Assembly: GCA_013239625.1 (NCBI GenBank)
Contig: MU054212.1
Span: forward strand, 1,550,001 to 1,614,000
Direction: 5' to 3'
Length of the DNA stretch: 64,000 nucleotides
Source: Lama guanicoe
Taxonomy: Eukaryota
Each line of letters opens with the position of its first letter. Position 1 is the stretch's first letter. Below the pieces are notes generated by a model, which was not told the DNA's origin, did no database searches, and worked only from the letters and a program-made list of their open reading frames with translations. Shown one piece after another: positions 50,650 through 64,000 of this stretch. The position numbers and the translations under genes are program-made.

Positions 50650-53600
50650 CTCTTTTATGAGTCTCTTGTTAGGTAAATGTATCACAAATAATATTCCTTC
50701 TTTCTACTCTATTAATAGTGTCTTTTGATAAGCAAACAATTTTATGTTTATAAAGTCCTAATGCACCAATTACTTCCTGCATGGTTACTGTTTTTCTGTG
50801 TTGTCTAGTTTAAGAAATCTTTGCTTACCCCCAGGTTAGGAAGTTATTCTCTTGTGTTATCTTCGAGAAGCTTTATTGCTTTTCCTTTTGCATTTTAGGT
50901 CTATCATCCATCTGGAATTGATTTTTGTGTTTGGTTTGAGGCATGGATCAAGGTTTCATTTTATTCCCATATGGATATTCAGTTACCCCAGCACCATTTA
51001 TTGAACAGACAATCCTTTCCTTACTGAATTGCAGAGGGCCTTTGTCATTAATCACGTGACTGTGTAAGTGTGGATCCATTTCTGGACATTCTTTTCTGTC
51101 CCTTTGATCTCTTTGTTGGTCTTTGCACGAATACTACTTTTAGTTACTGTAGCTTTATAATAAAACTTGATATCTGGTAAGTTAAGTATTTCAACTTTGT
51201 TCTTCAAGATTGTCTTTACTACTCTTGGTCTTTTGCATTCTATGGGAACTTAATTTCCATAAAAGTTGATGGAATTTTTATTGTAATTGCATTGAAACTA
51301 TAAGTCAAATATCAAAAAGAATCAAATATAAATTTGGGGGGGAAATTGACATCTTTACAGTATTGTCTTCCAGTTCTTGAACATATATATTCCTCCACTT
51401 ATTTATTGTTCTTGAATTTCTACTAGTAATATTTTATAGTGTGTATAGTTGTATACACCTTTATTAGATTTATTCTAATATTTGATATTTTGTATGTTAA
51501 TTTAAATGGTATTTTAGTAATGCAATTTTGTTACTGGCATATAGAAATGTATTTGATTCTTGTATATTGCATTTACAACAGCCTTGCTAAATTTACATAA
51601 TAATTTTAATAGTAATTTTTAAAAGTCATGAATTGGTTTTGAACTTCTAAATTTATTGAAAGGACCAGAAGTTTTTAACCCTTTTTTATAATGTGGTGAA
51701 TTCTATTGATTGATTTGAAACTGTTAAGCAAAGCTTGAATTTTAGGAATAAACCCAACTTGAACATGATGCATTATCCTTTTAAAATATTGGTAGATTAT
51801 ATTTTCAAGTTTGTATTTTAGTGTTTTATCCCTATGTTTATGTGAGATAGTATTGGCCTTTAATTTTTCTTTTTTTGTCAATTGTGTTACTAATATTATA
51901 ATGGCCTTATATAATGTGTTGAGAGGGATTACTTTATTTTTATTCTCTATAAGAGTTTGTGTAAAATAGGTGTTATTCTTCTTCCAGTTTTTGGAAGAAA
52001 TCACTGGTGAAACCATCTGGCTCTGAATTTATATTTTTAAATCAGTGTATCAGTCAAGGTCCAGACAGAAGGTAGATATCCCATGGTAATTTGAACAGGG
52101 AAAGCTTAATATAAAGGACTATTTACAGTGTTTTAGCTGTTAAGAAGGAAAAAAAAATAGAACTCTGAAGAAGATACTTGGAAGTGGGTGTCCCTTCTCT
52201 TAGTCTAGGACTCAAATCTGTGGAAGAAGGCGTGGCTGCAGCCCACTGGATACTGGAGAAATGCTCTAGGTTTCCCTGGGGGAGAGCTGGTCCACAACTA
52301 GTGGGCTGGGGCTGGCAGACAGAGAATCCTGGGTTAGAAATGGCAAACTGGAAGCTTCTAGCTGAGTGCTAGCTGACCAAAGCTGCCATAAAGGAAACTT
52401 GAAGTAGGAACCCCCTAATGGGATGCAGACAGATGGGAGGCTGATGGGCAGGGCACTGTGGGCCCGGGCTTGCAAGCTTGTACTCAAGTGCCTCTAGATG
52501 TCTGCCTACGGCTGGCTGTGTGCACCATGGGAGACCTGTGAGCACGCTGGAGCCAGGAAGAAAGGGTTTTTCCCTGCAAGTAGTACCCTCTACTAACAAG
52601 CTTAGCATTGTGCTGGCCTGTAAAGGAGAAATGTTCCAGTATCACAAACAAAACAATGAAGGGTAGATTTGGAGCTGAGAGGTAACTGTCATAATTAGAT
52701 TCAATTTTGTAGGCAAAGATGGGAATATTCAGATTTTCTAATTCTTATGTCTGCTCTAATAAGTTGTGTTTTTCATGGAATGTCCTTTTCATCTAAATTT
52801 TCTAATTTAAAGTCACAAATTTTTTTCTAATAACCTTTTATTATTTTAAATGTTGTAGGATCTGCAGTGATAGTCTCTTAATTGTTTTTAATATTGATAA
52901 TGTATTCCTTATTTTCTTTTTTCTTGGTTAGTCTAAGTAGTTATTAATTTTATTAATATTTTTGAAGATTCATTCTGTTACCTTGATGATTTTCTCTGTT
53001 GTATATTTAGTTAATGCTTTCAACTTTATTTTTTCCCCACTTACTTCTGCTTTTCAGTTTTGTTTTGTTTTGTTTTTACTAACATCTTGATGTGAATGCT
53101 TACATTGCAGGTGTTAAGTCTTTTTTCCTTTCTAGTTCATACATTTGAGGCTATGCGTTTCCTTTGAGCAGCCCTTTACTTTCATCATGGAATTTTTGAT
53201 ATGTTTTTATCACTGAATTAACAATATTTTCTAATTTGTATTGTGATGTATTTTTTTCATTTATCCTTGAGTTATTTAGAAGTGTTTTGAATATTTTCAA
53301 GCATTTATAGATTTCTAGATCAATCTCACTGAGGTCAGAGAATGTATTCAACATGATTCAAATTCCTTTGAAATCTGTTGAAGACTTCCTTTATGGCCAA
53401 ACATGTGACCTATTTTAGTAGACAATCCCAGCACACTTAAAAAGGATAAGAAAGGATATGTATTCTGAAGTTGTTGGATGCAGTAGTTTGTTATGTCAAC
53501 TAGGTTAAGCTTATTAATTATGTTGTTCTAATCACCTATAATTACCAATTCTCTTGGTCTGCTTGTTTTTATTAATTACTAGGAAAGTTATAAATGTACA

Positions 53601-55970
53601 AGTATGCAGATTTATTCATTTCTCCATTTAGTTCAGTCAGTTTTTTTCTTTAAATATTTTGAGGCTATATAAATTGCTGCATATAATTCTAGGATTATTA
53701 TATTATATATTCTGTGGAGTAATTCTTTTGTCATTATGGACTATCTCTCTTCACCTCTAGTAATACTTAGTACTTTAAATTTTATTTTATATGGTATTAT
53801 TATAGCTACAACAAACATCTTTTGGCTTTGGAGTACATAGTATGCATTTTCCAATCCTTTACTTTCAATCTTTAAGGTATACTGCTGTCTCTTGTAGGCC
53901 TATATATTAAGATTTTATTTGGTCTATCTATTCTGATCATATTAACCTTTAATTGAAATGTTTTTTTTTCATCTGGTGTAATTACATGCATATCCAGATT
54001 TAAATGTGTCATGTTATTATTTGTTTTCTGTTTTTCGAGCTATTCTTTTTTTTCCATTAATGACCTTCTTTTGCATCAATCATGTAATTTTAAAAATTAT
54101 TTCATTTCCCCCATTAGTTATACATTTTATTATTGTTATTTTTTTAGCAATTCCAAAATTCACTCTTGAGTGATAAATGTCTAGCTTAAATCAATATGTT
54201 TAACTTATGGACAAAGTCTTATAATAATCTAATTCCATTTATTTGTTACTCACTTTTGTGCTATTGTTATGTATTTTGATTCTACATGTATTTTGAATTG
54301 CAAAAGATATTATTACTATTGTTACAAAGAGATAATAGTCATTTGGAATTATTGAATACTTATCTTTGCTGGTTCTCTTTGTTCCTTCCTGCATTAACGT
54401 ATTTCCATATGGGATAATTTTTTTTTTCTGCCTTAGTTTTTAAAATTTATTTTTATTTTTTTAAAAGTTTGTCCTTGCTGGTTACAGTGTCTTTAAGTGT
54501 TTTCTTGTTTGTTTGAAAATGCCTCTGTTTAGCCTTTATTTCCTTGTGTACACAATTCTAGGTTGGCAATTCTTTTAGCATTTTAAATACATCATTCTAT
54601 CATCTTTTTTCTTCATAGGTTGTGTTGAAAAGTCTACCGTAATTCTATTGTTGCTCCCCTATAGTCTTGTGTCTATTTTCTTTTTATGTTTATAAGAGAT
54701 TCTTTTCTTATCTTTGGTTTTGTAGCAATTTCATGGATACAATTTGATTTGTATTTGTCCTGGTTAGAATTTGTAGTGTTTCTTCAATATGTTAATATCT
54801 TTTGTTTGTTTTGGAAAATTCTCAGAGTATCTCTTCTGTTATCTCTCTCCTTTCCTTTTCAGACTCCAGTTACACTTATGAAAGTTCTTTTCATCGTGTT
54901 CCATATGTCTCTGAAGCTCTTTTTTGAAACTCTTTTTCTTTTCATTTCTCTGAGGAAATATTAATCCGAATATTTTCTCCTGACCTATCTTCCAGTTGAC
55001 TTACCCTCTCTTCTGCTATGTCTAATCTGTTTCTAAACCCATCTATTGAATTTTTAATTCCAGTGTTATTTTAGTGAGCCCTATGTTTTTTTAAATTAAT
55101 TTTTTAAATAAGTTCCAGTACTCTGATCAATGATTTCATCTTTTTGTCCTATTTTGCTTATGTTATTTATATTTTTAAAAATTCCATGTCCAATAATTCA
55201 AATATGTATTTTTGAACCTGTTTCTAAAATCTGAAAAAAAACCCAGCTTTTTTTATTTTTTTGTCATTTGTTCCTGTGTTCTGGCTTAATTGGTAAATTT
55301 GATCTAATGCCAAGCGTTATGTATGAAAAATTATAGGTGCTATGGATGATATGTCTCTTTAGAGAGGATTTGATTTTCTTCTGACAGACAGATAGACCAT
55401 GGGCAGATCATCTTGATCCACTGGACTTATGTTTCAGACTCACCGTGAGGGCAGGTGAACTCTGTTCTATTTCTGCTTTGTCTTTATTCCTTGAACCTAC
55501 CTCTTTCTGAGGATCTCAAAGATAAGCTGGTATGTTTATTAGGGATTCTCTTTCTTTGCAGACTATGAGCTTCAGTTTCTGTCTTCTTAGAACCAAGAGA
55601 CTACCGAAATATCTACTTAGATTCTTAGCATTTCAGCAGCTGCGTTCTGCTTGGTTTCTTGGCAGTTTGCCTCACACATGTGCAGCTGAGAAGTTGGAAA
55701 TGCCTCAAGGAAAAATTGCACATATACTATTCACTTTACATTTCTGCAGTTAGTTTTTCTCTCGGATCAAGTTCTAGCTGCCTTGGTAGCCCTGTACACC
55801 AATTTTCAACTTCTCTGTCAGTGAGAGTGTTATAAACTCTTGGCTGCTGCTCTTTGCTCAGCATCTATGTTACATCAAGAAAATTAGCACATGCCCTGAG
55901 GGGCCCAAGTAGCAACTAGTGTAGTGCTTATCTCCATGTGTTTTCCTTTTCTCCAGCATTTTGGTCTTTC
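50650..55970 (-). mobile_element. Large antisense L1M relic (ORF2, ORF1 and 5' region) split by an LTR
   Basis: ORF 51675..52016(-) contains L1 RT-like KRIMHHVQVGFIPKIQALLNSFKSINRIHHI. Antisense hallmarks: ttcagttaccccagcaccatttattgaa; tcttctgctatgtctaatctgtttctaaacccatctattgaa. Confidence 0.87.
52046..52690. mobile_element. LTR (LTR78/LTR79-like) inserted in L1
   Basis: GC-richer block starting tgtatcagtcaaggtccagacag and ending aaaggagaaatgttcc...aatgaagggtagatttggagctgagagg, inside T-rich L1. Confidence 0.65.
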
Positions 55971-56237
55971 AAGACTGAGAGACACTTGGAAGGTACAGTG
56001 GGACTCCCACAGCAAAGAGTCTGTATAAAGTAACTGCAAAAAAAAAAAAAAAACCCCAAAACCAGGGGATGGTGGTGAGGATGAGAGTAGACAGAAGAAG
56101 AAGAATAAATCTAGAATCATGGAAATTGCAGCCAGATGAATCCCAGCAAAGTAGGCTCAGGTAAATCCACAAAAATGCCCACAAGAGACCAAGAATCTGC
56201 TTAAACATCTGCTTGGCCCAAAGAGTTAGAAGCCATC

Positions 56238-56764
56238 TGCTATGGACTGAAAGTTTGTGTTCCTCCAAAATTGATATGTTGAAGCCCTGACTCCCAGAGT
56301 GATGGTATTTGGAGGTGAGGACTTTGAGAGGTAATTGGACATGAGGATGGAGCCCTCATGGATGGGATTAGTTCCCTTATAATAGCACAGGGAATTATAT
56401 TCAATACCTTGTAGTAACCTCGTAGTAACATGAAAAAAATATGAAAAGGAATATATGTATGTATATGTGTGACTGAAGCATTATGCTATACACCAGAAAT
56501 TGACACAATGTTGGAAACTGACTATACTTCAGTTTAAAAAAAGAGAAGACATGAAAACTTACCCTATTCTCTGCTCTCTGCCATGTGAGGAGACAATGAG
56601 AAGATGGCCCTTTCCAAACCAGGAAGAAAACTCCTATTAGAGACTAGATTAGCCAGTACCTTGATCTTAGACTTCCCAGCCTCCAGAACTGTGTGAAATA
56701 AATTTCTGCTGTTTAAGCCACCCAGTCTATGGTAATGTGATAGCAGACTGAGATGACTAGGACA
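56238..56764 (+). mobile_element. MLT1A-like MaLR LTR
   Basis: tgctatggactgaaagtttgtgttcctccaaaa...gacttcccagcctccagaactgtg...gactaggaCA. 5-bp flanks ccatc/ccatg. Confidence 0.88.
56382..56541 (+). mobile_element. Younger L1 3' end inserted in MLT1A
   Basis: atagcacagggaattatattcaataccttgtag...tatgctatacaccagaaattgacacaatgttggaaactgactatacttcagttt followed by a short A-tract. Confidence 0.88.
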
Positions 56765-59274
56765 CCATGTTAGGGCTAGACTGATTCAAGTAAGAGAACA
56801 GCTTTCTCATCCTCTCTTTCCTCCCCAAACTCCAATCAGTTTGGATTATTATCAGCAACTAGGTAATATTGGCTAGTTAGAGTAAGACAAAAAGAACCTC
56901 ATCCTATCTTCTGCTAAGAGGTTGGCCTGCAAGATGTTCCTGTCAAGAGTAAATAGTAGTGTTGGAGAATTACCTACACTCTTCAGTTACTCACTAGGTT
57001 TTCCCAGCCCAGTTTCCAGGAGATAAACACCCGAATCACCGAAGCTTGGGTTCCAGTCAGCTCTACGTGTCGGCTGGACAGGAGCTCTCAGAATTCTGAA
57101 GGGCAGGGTGGGTCTGAAGGCTGGGAGCCCAGTCCCTGCTGAAGAGGATCCCTGAAGAGCAAAACTGAGCCCAGTATGCTCACATCTTCCCTGAACTCTG
57201 GACTTCTTCAGTCTGGATTTATTAATTCTACTCCATTTCTAAGCATTAAATAAATATGACACTGAAAAAAGGTGTTTGTGTTCCAGTGACAAATATAATC
57301 CATTTAGTTGTTAAACGGGAAATTCCAGAATCCTCCTGTGGCCTTGCCTCCTATTTTGCAGGAAGAACTTTTTCCCCAAAGACAGAGTTGACTAGAGCCT
57401 CATGTCCCCAGAGGGCCCCACTGGAAGCTGGGCTTTGGAAGTTCTAACACAAACATACTCCCACCCACCTGGCTCATGTACAGCCCATGAACAACTTGGC
57501 TTTTCTTCCGAGCAGAGCAGTTTTCTGTATGAGTCACTTACTTCTGTCTCTTTATTTTGGACTTTTTGCCTCAGGGGATCACGAGGATCCATCCAATACT
57601 GTGCTGAGAATGCTTTCAGCTCTCAGTAAACAATGAACAATAGAAAACCATCTGAAAAGGCTGACTCCCCTCCGCAGTGTGCATAGGAACCTGAGCCTGG
57701 TACCCAGTTCAATGGAAAACCAAGGACCTGGGCCAAAGGAACACACTGATGCATAACACACAAGGGAATATGTAAAGAATTGAAGCTTTGCTTTCTGAGC
57801 AAGGGAGACGGGTCCGTTCAAGTCTGGAAAACACAGCGTCCCAGTGCTGGGACGTCTTGGAAAGTCTTCCGTGGGAGTAGTCATAATCCCTAGACCATTT
57901 CTAGAGTTGTTGTCGGAGTTCCTGCCTGTTCTTTGAAGAGTGGGCACACTGCAGAGAACCTCTACCCGTGAAGAGAAGGTTCATGAAAAAGATACAAGAG
58001 GGCTCAGGGTGGCAGAACAGATCACACCTTTTCTGTAAACATCCTTGGTTTGGTGCTTGTATCTTCCAAAGGTTTTCCCTGGTGGCTTTGGAGTAATATC
58101 ATAAATTATTTGATTCTCTGCCTGTTTTTAGATCTTGGAGAAAGCACTTGGGAACAAAAATATGTCCCTGTACAAGCCAAGTATAGTAAATGAGTTTTTA
58201 TGCTTGTGGAATACTTTTAATATTGTGAAATGAGAAAGGCCTCTCTTTTGCCATCTTAATTTTCTGACTATGTGAACCATTATTAGTGTCTTGGGGCCCC
58301 TGGAAATAGCTAGGGTCCCTGTTGGTGCTTCCTTGAACGTGGACTCACTAACATTTATCTGTCTAAAGTGAAAGGTATCTCTAATGATCCCAGCTGACAT
58401 TTATTCAGTGCCTTTCACTCAGTGATCCCAAAGAGCACCCCAGGCTGATTTACGGGCTGTCCACGGAGTGGAAGTGAATGGTAATGACCACGGTGATGAA
58501 GATGGTGATGGATCACCCAGGCTCTGGCATTTGATATGTCATGTTGTTTCTGGGGCGTTTCCAATTTCCTGAGCTTCCCAGTGATTAGAAGCATAAGGGT
58601 AAGAGTCCATTTCATGCTGCATTTCTCAGTGGAGATGACTCTGATTGGGGCCTTGGGAGGTCTTAATTCTCTGCCTCCCTCACACAAATTTTAGTAATCA
58701 GCAGAGAGCAGACATTATGAAAGGCTAGAGTGGGGCCAGTTTGCATCCCTCCTCTTACCCTTACCTCTCTTCTTGTAGTCTCTTCAACCACCTGAAACTC
58801 TCTTGGGCTTTTCTGCTCCATGGGGAGAAAGGAGGAAGCAAAAGCCAGGATAAAGTCTATTGGCTTAGGAGGTTTATGGTAACATAATTGAGCACAGGGC
58901 TTTCCAGTTTTTTTAAGCCATGGAACCCCCCCTTTTTTTTTCAAACAAAGTCCTGTGGGGAATTAGCAGATGAAGCAGATAAGGGTGAGCTGCTCTGTGC
59001 TCCATACCCTCACTGCCCTGCACCCCATCACAGTGGCCCTTGAGACCTAGTAAAAACCATGGGCTTCCTGGGATGCTGCGTTCTGAACTGTACACAGGAG
59101 ATCTGAATTTCTTTCTAGTTTCCCCACTGACTTTTGAGTAAAACTGTTGAATACCTGTGTTCCCTGTGTTTTACCTTTAGAGATTAAAGACTCTTCATTA
59201 AATAATACAATTAAGGCTTTTAAAACTTAGGACGCCAAGTGTATTAGAACTATAATTATGACGGGGGTTAGAAG

Positions 59275-59480
59275 GTTCCAGGCATAGTTCTAAATGCTTT
59301 TGTATGTGACCTCATGTAATCCTTATAATCTCCGTATGGGGCAGGTACTATTATTATCCCCACTCTAAGTTGGAGAAACTGAAGCACAGAGAGGTTATGC
59401 AGATTTCCCAAGGCCACTCAGTTTGTAAATGGTACAGGAAGCAGTTCAACACCAGGCAGCCTGACTCCAAAGCACCTTGA
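59275..59480 (-). mobile_element. MIR SINE
   Basis: gcaggtactattattatcccc...gagaaactgaagcacagagaggttatgcagatttcccaaggccac. Confidence 0.85.
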
Positions 59481-59494
59481 TCTTAACCCTTGAC

Positions 59495-60140
59495 TCTGGG
59501 CTTTTAAACTTCGTTGCGCATTAGAATCACCTGAGGATGTTAAAAAAAAAAAATTCAGAAGCCCAAACTACATCCCAGACCACTTAGATTACAGGCTCTG
59601 GGGTGTAAGACAGACACCCCAGACATTACTGACAGTATTTTTTGAAACTCCTTTTATGAGTTGAATTATGTCCTCCAAAAAAGATATGTTGGGGCTCTAA
59701 CCACCCATACCTCAGAATGTGACCTTATTTGGAAATAACATCATTGCAGGATGTAATTACTGAATTAAAAATAAGTTCATACTAGAGTAGGGCGTGCTTT
59801 AATCCAATGTGACTGGTGTCCTTATGAGAAGATGGCCATTGAAGACAGAGACACATAGGCATTGAAGGCAGAGATTGGAGTCACGAAGCTGCAAGCCAAG
59901 GGATGTCAAAGATCGCCAGCAAACCACCAGAGGCTAGGAAGAGGCGAGGAAGGATTCTCCCCTAAGGCTTCAGAGAGAGTATGGCCCTGCCTACACCTGA
60001 ATTCAGACTTCTAGCCTCCAGACATGTGAAACAATACCTTTCTGTTGTTTTAAGCCACCTACTTTGTAGGTCTTCTGTGGCGGCACTAGGAATCTAATAC
60101 AGCTCCTTATGTGACTGCAGACAAGTTTGACAACCTCTGC
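59495..60140. mobile_element. MER5A-like hAT MITE split by an MLT1 LTR
   Basis: gcgcattagaatcacctgaggatgttaaaa... on the left and gactgcagacaagtttgacaacctctg on the right. Confidence 0.65.
59652..60101 (+). mobile_element. MLT1B/C-like MaLR LTR
   Basis: tatgagttgaattatgtcctccaaaaaagatatgtt...cctcagaatgtgaccttatttggaaata...gcactaggaatctaataCA. Flanks actcc/gctcc. Confidence 0.88.
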
Positions 60141-60989
60141 CACATACTAATTCTCTTTCCTTAAGAATTTACTGTGCGAATGGGGGAAAGAAACCCCTAT
60201 TAGATAACCCAGTCTGGTGTAGGTTTGCCATCCTGTGCTAACACTGGCTGTGCCACCATCAACGGATCAGTGTTGATAAGGTATGGAAGATGGTTGGCAT
60301 GAGGGGAGATTTAGAAAGTCATTCTCAGTGCTCCTGTTCATGGAAGAAACTGTAGAGATGGGTGTGCGCCTGGGCATAAAGTAAGAGATGCTTAGACAAT
60401 AGAGTGGAGGGTGGAAAGGGGCAGAATGCATGCTTCTAAAGACAGTACAGTCCTAAACCTGTGAAACCAGCCCAGGGGGAGAAAGAGCAATCAGTAAGGC
60501 TCCCTGCAATCCAGAGATACAGGCACAGGTAAAATAGAGTCCTATGAGACATAGCTGGGGTGTCTGGAAGAAGAGGATGTTGGAATGCCACAAAAAAAGG
60601 TGATGTTTAAACCTAAGAAATGGGTTTTGGCAGGTGGCTATGGGTGAAGGCTGTTCTAGGCACAAGGGGCACCTTAACAAAGGTGGGGGAAGAGGGAACA
60701 GGTAGAATGGGGACTGGTGAGTTGTGGGTGGACTTCACGCTTAGAGCAAGCTGGAGAACAGAGCTTGGACAAAAGGAAGGACATCCAGGAAGGTAAGTTA
60801 AGGCAATTTTCTGAAGGGATTTCAATACTGCACTGGGAAGTCCCCCAGGCTTCATTTTTGGAAGCACTGTGGAGTCATCAGAGGCTTTTGATTAGGGAAG
60901 AAACACCATTATTAACTTAAATGATCTTGATAACATTTCCGAGGGTCCTTTTTCTGTGACCAAAGCTGAGGTGTCTCATTTAATTTTCC

Positions 60990-61150
60990 CAGTGACTTTG
61001 TGAGACAGGTACTATTATTACCCTAGCTTAAAAGATTTAGGAACTGAAACTAATAGAATTTCAGTTACTGCCCAATTCACATAGCTGGTCCGTACAGGAG
61101 CCGGGATTTGAACCCTGGCTCTCTGATTCCATAGTCTGTGCACTTGTCTA
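60990..61150 (-). mobile_element. MIR SINE
   Basis: caggtactattattaccc...ggagccgggatttgaaccctggctctctgattcc. Confidence 0.8.
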
Positions 61151-61599
61151 ACTTTTGACTCAGGATTCCTAGCATTGGTGTTGAAGAAAACTAGCCCCAT
61201 TGGCAGGATGAGGCATGTGGCCGGTGGAAGGCAGGAGGGAGAGAATGGGGACAGAAAGGCCAGCTGAGAAGCTATTTCAGATTTGTGTGGACTATCTCAG
61301 AGGAAGACCAAAAATGATTTAGCAACTTGTTGTGTATTAGGGGGGATATCTCCCCACTCAAGGATAATTGAGTAACTGGGAGAAAGATGCTCCCTGTACT
61401 AAGGTAAAGAATACACGAAGAGCTGTGGGTTGGGTGGCAGAAGAAAATGAAATTTCTTTAGACATTTCAAAATGAGGAACTTAGAAAATGAAAAGTATCT
61501 GTGTCAGAGATATTCAGGAAGTACATGAAACGTGATTTAGAGGTGTTACCCTGCAGGAGAGATGGATCACTGCACCCAATCCTGAGAATTTAGAGACAA

Positions 61600-61800
61600 T
61601 ACTGTAGAGACACTCTGAGTGTGGTATTTAAGCCCATGGGCTCTGGGACTCAATTCCTAACCAGCAGTTTATTGGTTGTGTGTTCTTGGACAAGCCTCAG
61701 TTTCTTTGTGTGCCAAAGGGGATAACAGTAGGACCTATTTCGTAGTGTGGTGCACATGACTAAATGAGATAAGACAGGTGGAACATTTGGCAGAAAGCAA
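61600..61800 (+). mobile_element. MIR SINE
   Basis: gtgtgttcttggacaagcctcagtttctttgtgtgccaaaggggataacagtaggacctattt. Confidence 0.75.
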
Positions 61801-64000
61801 AGGCTTAAGAAGGAGGCATGGCGTTACATTTGTCTTTGTTTCTTGTCACCTTAAAAGCCTTCTCTTGACAATACATCTCCCTGTGTCTCTTTTCCCCACC
61901 CAAGACCTTTCTGTTTCCATAGCAGAACTGAGTTCTCCTTATTCAACCTTCAGCTTAACAGCTTAAGTTGAAATTTTCTTAAAGATCAATCACTCCACTA
62001 GCCCAAGTATGTTTTGTAGTATCCCACCCCTTTCTTTCTCCTGGACTTAAGTGTGGGTGTGATTTTCTTCCAGTGTAGCCACCTTACTTCATTGTGTTCT
62101 GTGCCTCAAACCAAGGAGGGGACCAGGCAGCCCACGCTGCTCAGTCCAGCTGGTTATCTTTGATGGTATAGCTGGTTTATTGACACCTCAGTTATCTCTG
62201 AGCATCTTTAGGCACTGAGTCAGGGATTTTCTTTGTTTGCTTTGTGGACAGTGCCTGGTACATGACAGGGGCTCTATGTGTAAATCCGAGGAGTAGCTGC
62301 TCTTGGTAGGCAGCGGTGAGCTGAATCAAATAACTATAACAAAAACGTAAGATTGGTTTCCTGGTCTTTTAATTCTGGAAAGAGGTGTCTGTCACAAAGG
62401 AAAGAAGTATGGAGGAAGTGATTCACTGTTACCATTTCAATTTCTTGGTGCTCAGAAAAAGGAACTGTATATCTGGAGAAAATAAAGGATTATGCTGGGT
62501 GGCTGAAGGTCATCTGTTGCTGGTGATTTGGGGAAGACTGAAGCTAGAAGCCAGTTTGAAAGAATGATTTTTGTGGATGAGTGCAATAGCCTCAAAGCTG
62601 ATGTCCTTCTGTGGTTGTTCTTCCTTCCAGTCCATCCTAAATACTGCCGTGATTTCTCTTTCTTAAAAAAAAAACAAACCACCTTTATCAAGTCACCCTC
62701 CCATTAGAAATATCTTTAATGACTTCCTTTTTCCCTAAGAAGTGAGTTTCAGAGTTTTACGGGAGCAGTCAAAATCCCCTCGCCTTAGCCTCTACCCACC
62801 TCCCCAACCTGCCCTTTCACGCACCACTTCCATCGCAGTGAGTTAGGGCTTTTTGCTGCCCCTCATTTCCACTTCCATGTATGGCCGTTGTCCTTTTGCT
62901 GTACACAGATGTCCCCCAGAGTCAGTCCATTTACTGAGCAGTCAGCAGTCCTTAGTTTTCCAGTGCGCTTTGTTCCCTGGAACAGCGTTAACCACCTGCC
63001 CTCTCGGCCCCCTTACTTTTCTAGGACCCACAGCTTACTTGCCTTTACCTGCGTACTTAAGTTAAAACTTAGATTATTTACAAAAGATCAATAAGCAAGC
63101 TAATTAAATATATGTAATTGAAAGGAGAATGTGTTCTGCAGTGTTAAATTTGTAAAGTTCTCAGAGTGAGAACTGAAGCTTTTGAGTTTTATCTTTAAAT
63201 AACATCTGGCTCGGAACAGAATAGCCTCTCTGAGAGCTCCAGCCTTCTCAGAGCTTTACTTGGCAAGGCAAAGGGCTTAAGACAGGAGAAGATGTCAAGA
63301 ATATCCAAATGACCCCCCAGAATGAGTGGGCTTCCTTAAAAACTTAACTTGCTAACAGGGAGAGGTTTGGGAGAATCTAGTAATTATCTGTGGTCTAACT
63401 GGCTGCCTACCTGAGTCACTCTGTCCACCACCCACCGGGAATTTATCTGATTTCTCTGATGCTGATTGAGTTGACTCATATAAACTATAGTGAATTTCTT
63501 CTTAGGCACAATGCTCCATGGAATTAATCAAACTTTGGGTTTGTCTACTGTAATCAGTTCGATAGTTGCTTTCTGCTCATGGATGGCTCCTTGCCTTCAT
63601 TAAATCTGAAGGTTTCAGCTTTTGTTAGTGCACACCACCTCAATCAATACAGGCAAGTATAGCTGTCTCCTAAATGAGGCTGTCAAGCCAAGGCCCTGAT
63701 AACCAGTGGTTGCCAAATACTTAATGGTCTGTGTTGTGTGTCACAGCATCCTCGTCACATTCAGTCTAGGGCCTTGAACTTACCTTTAAAATACTCTCTT
63801 CTAAAACTTACTTCATTATTTTCTATCCTTTATTTTCCTTATTTAACATTTTATAGCGTATCAGCAAGGTGCTTCAGAAAACACGAGGCGGGACTGAGAA
63901 GTTAGCAGAGCTGAGAACCATCAGCACCCATTGGCACCCTCTGTCCTCAAGTTGCATTTCCTTAGTGTGGTGCTTATTAGTGCTGTTTACCAAATGTTCC

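Noticed and set aside
51675..52016. RT-like ORF as an active element
   Set aside because: Short frameshifted piece of an ancient L1 ORF2.
1..64000. Prokaryotic systems, CRISPR arrays, tRNA or rRNA genes
   Set aside because: The sequence is mammalian. There is no regular repeat-spacer array, and the tRNA-related matches are only retroviral primer-binding sites.

Overview
Mammalian, repeat-rich, apparently non-coding (intergenic or intronic) DNA. The three short L1 3' ends resemble cetartiodactyl L1 termini, probably camelid-type (recalled, not searched). No intact protein-coding gene, rRNA, tRNA or CRISPR array is supportable, and the ORF track is mostly spurious or repeat-derived. The main discovery is a decayed RAC1 processed pseudogene (about 321-1102, minus strand). 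It keeps its 5'UTR, ends at the stop codon against an old same-orientation L1 ORF2 fragment, and is itself split by a short L1 3' end with a recognisable target-site duplication. Two class III (ERVL-type) provirus relics are visible: about 3925-7460 (+, tRNA-Leu PBS, protease motif) and about 43966-48214 (-, paired LTRs, PPT, RNase H and integrase remnants, Ser-like PBS, nested MLT1 and L1). The window also holds two multi-kb antisense L1M relics, many MIR, L2, MaLR and hAT fragments, solo LTRs, TG-rich arrays, a near-consensus CTCF site at about 24872-24890 and a candidate short first exon at about 23966-24031. I found no evidence of a new biological system beyond these retroelement architectures. 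Repeat family names come from remembered consensus motifs and boundaries are approximate.
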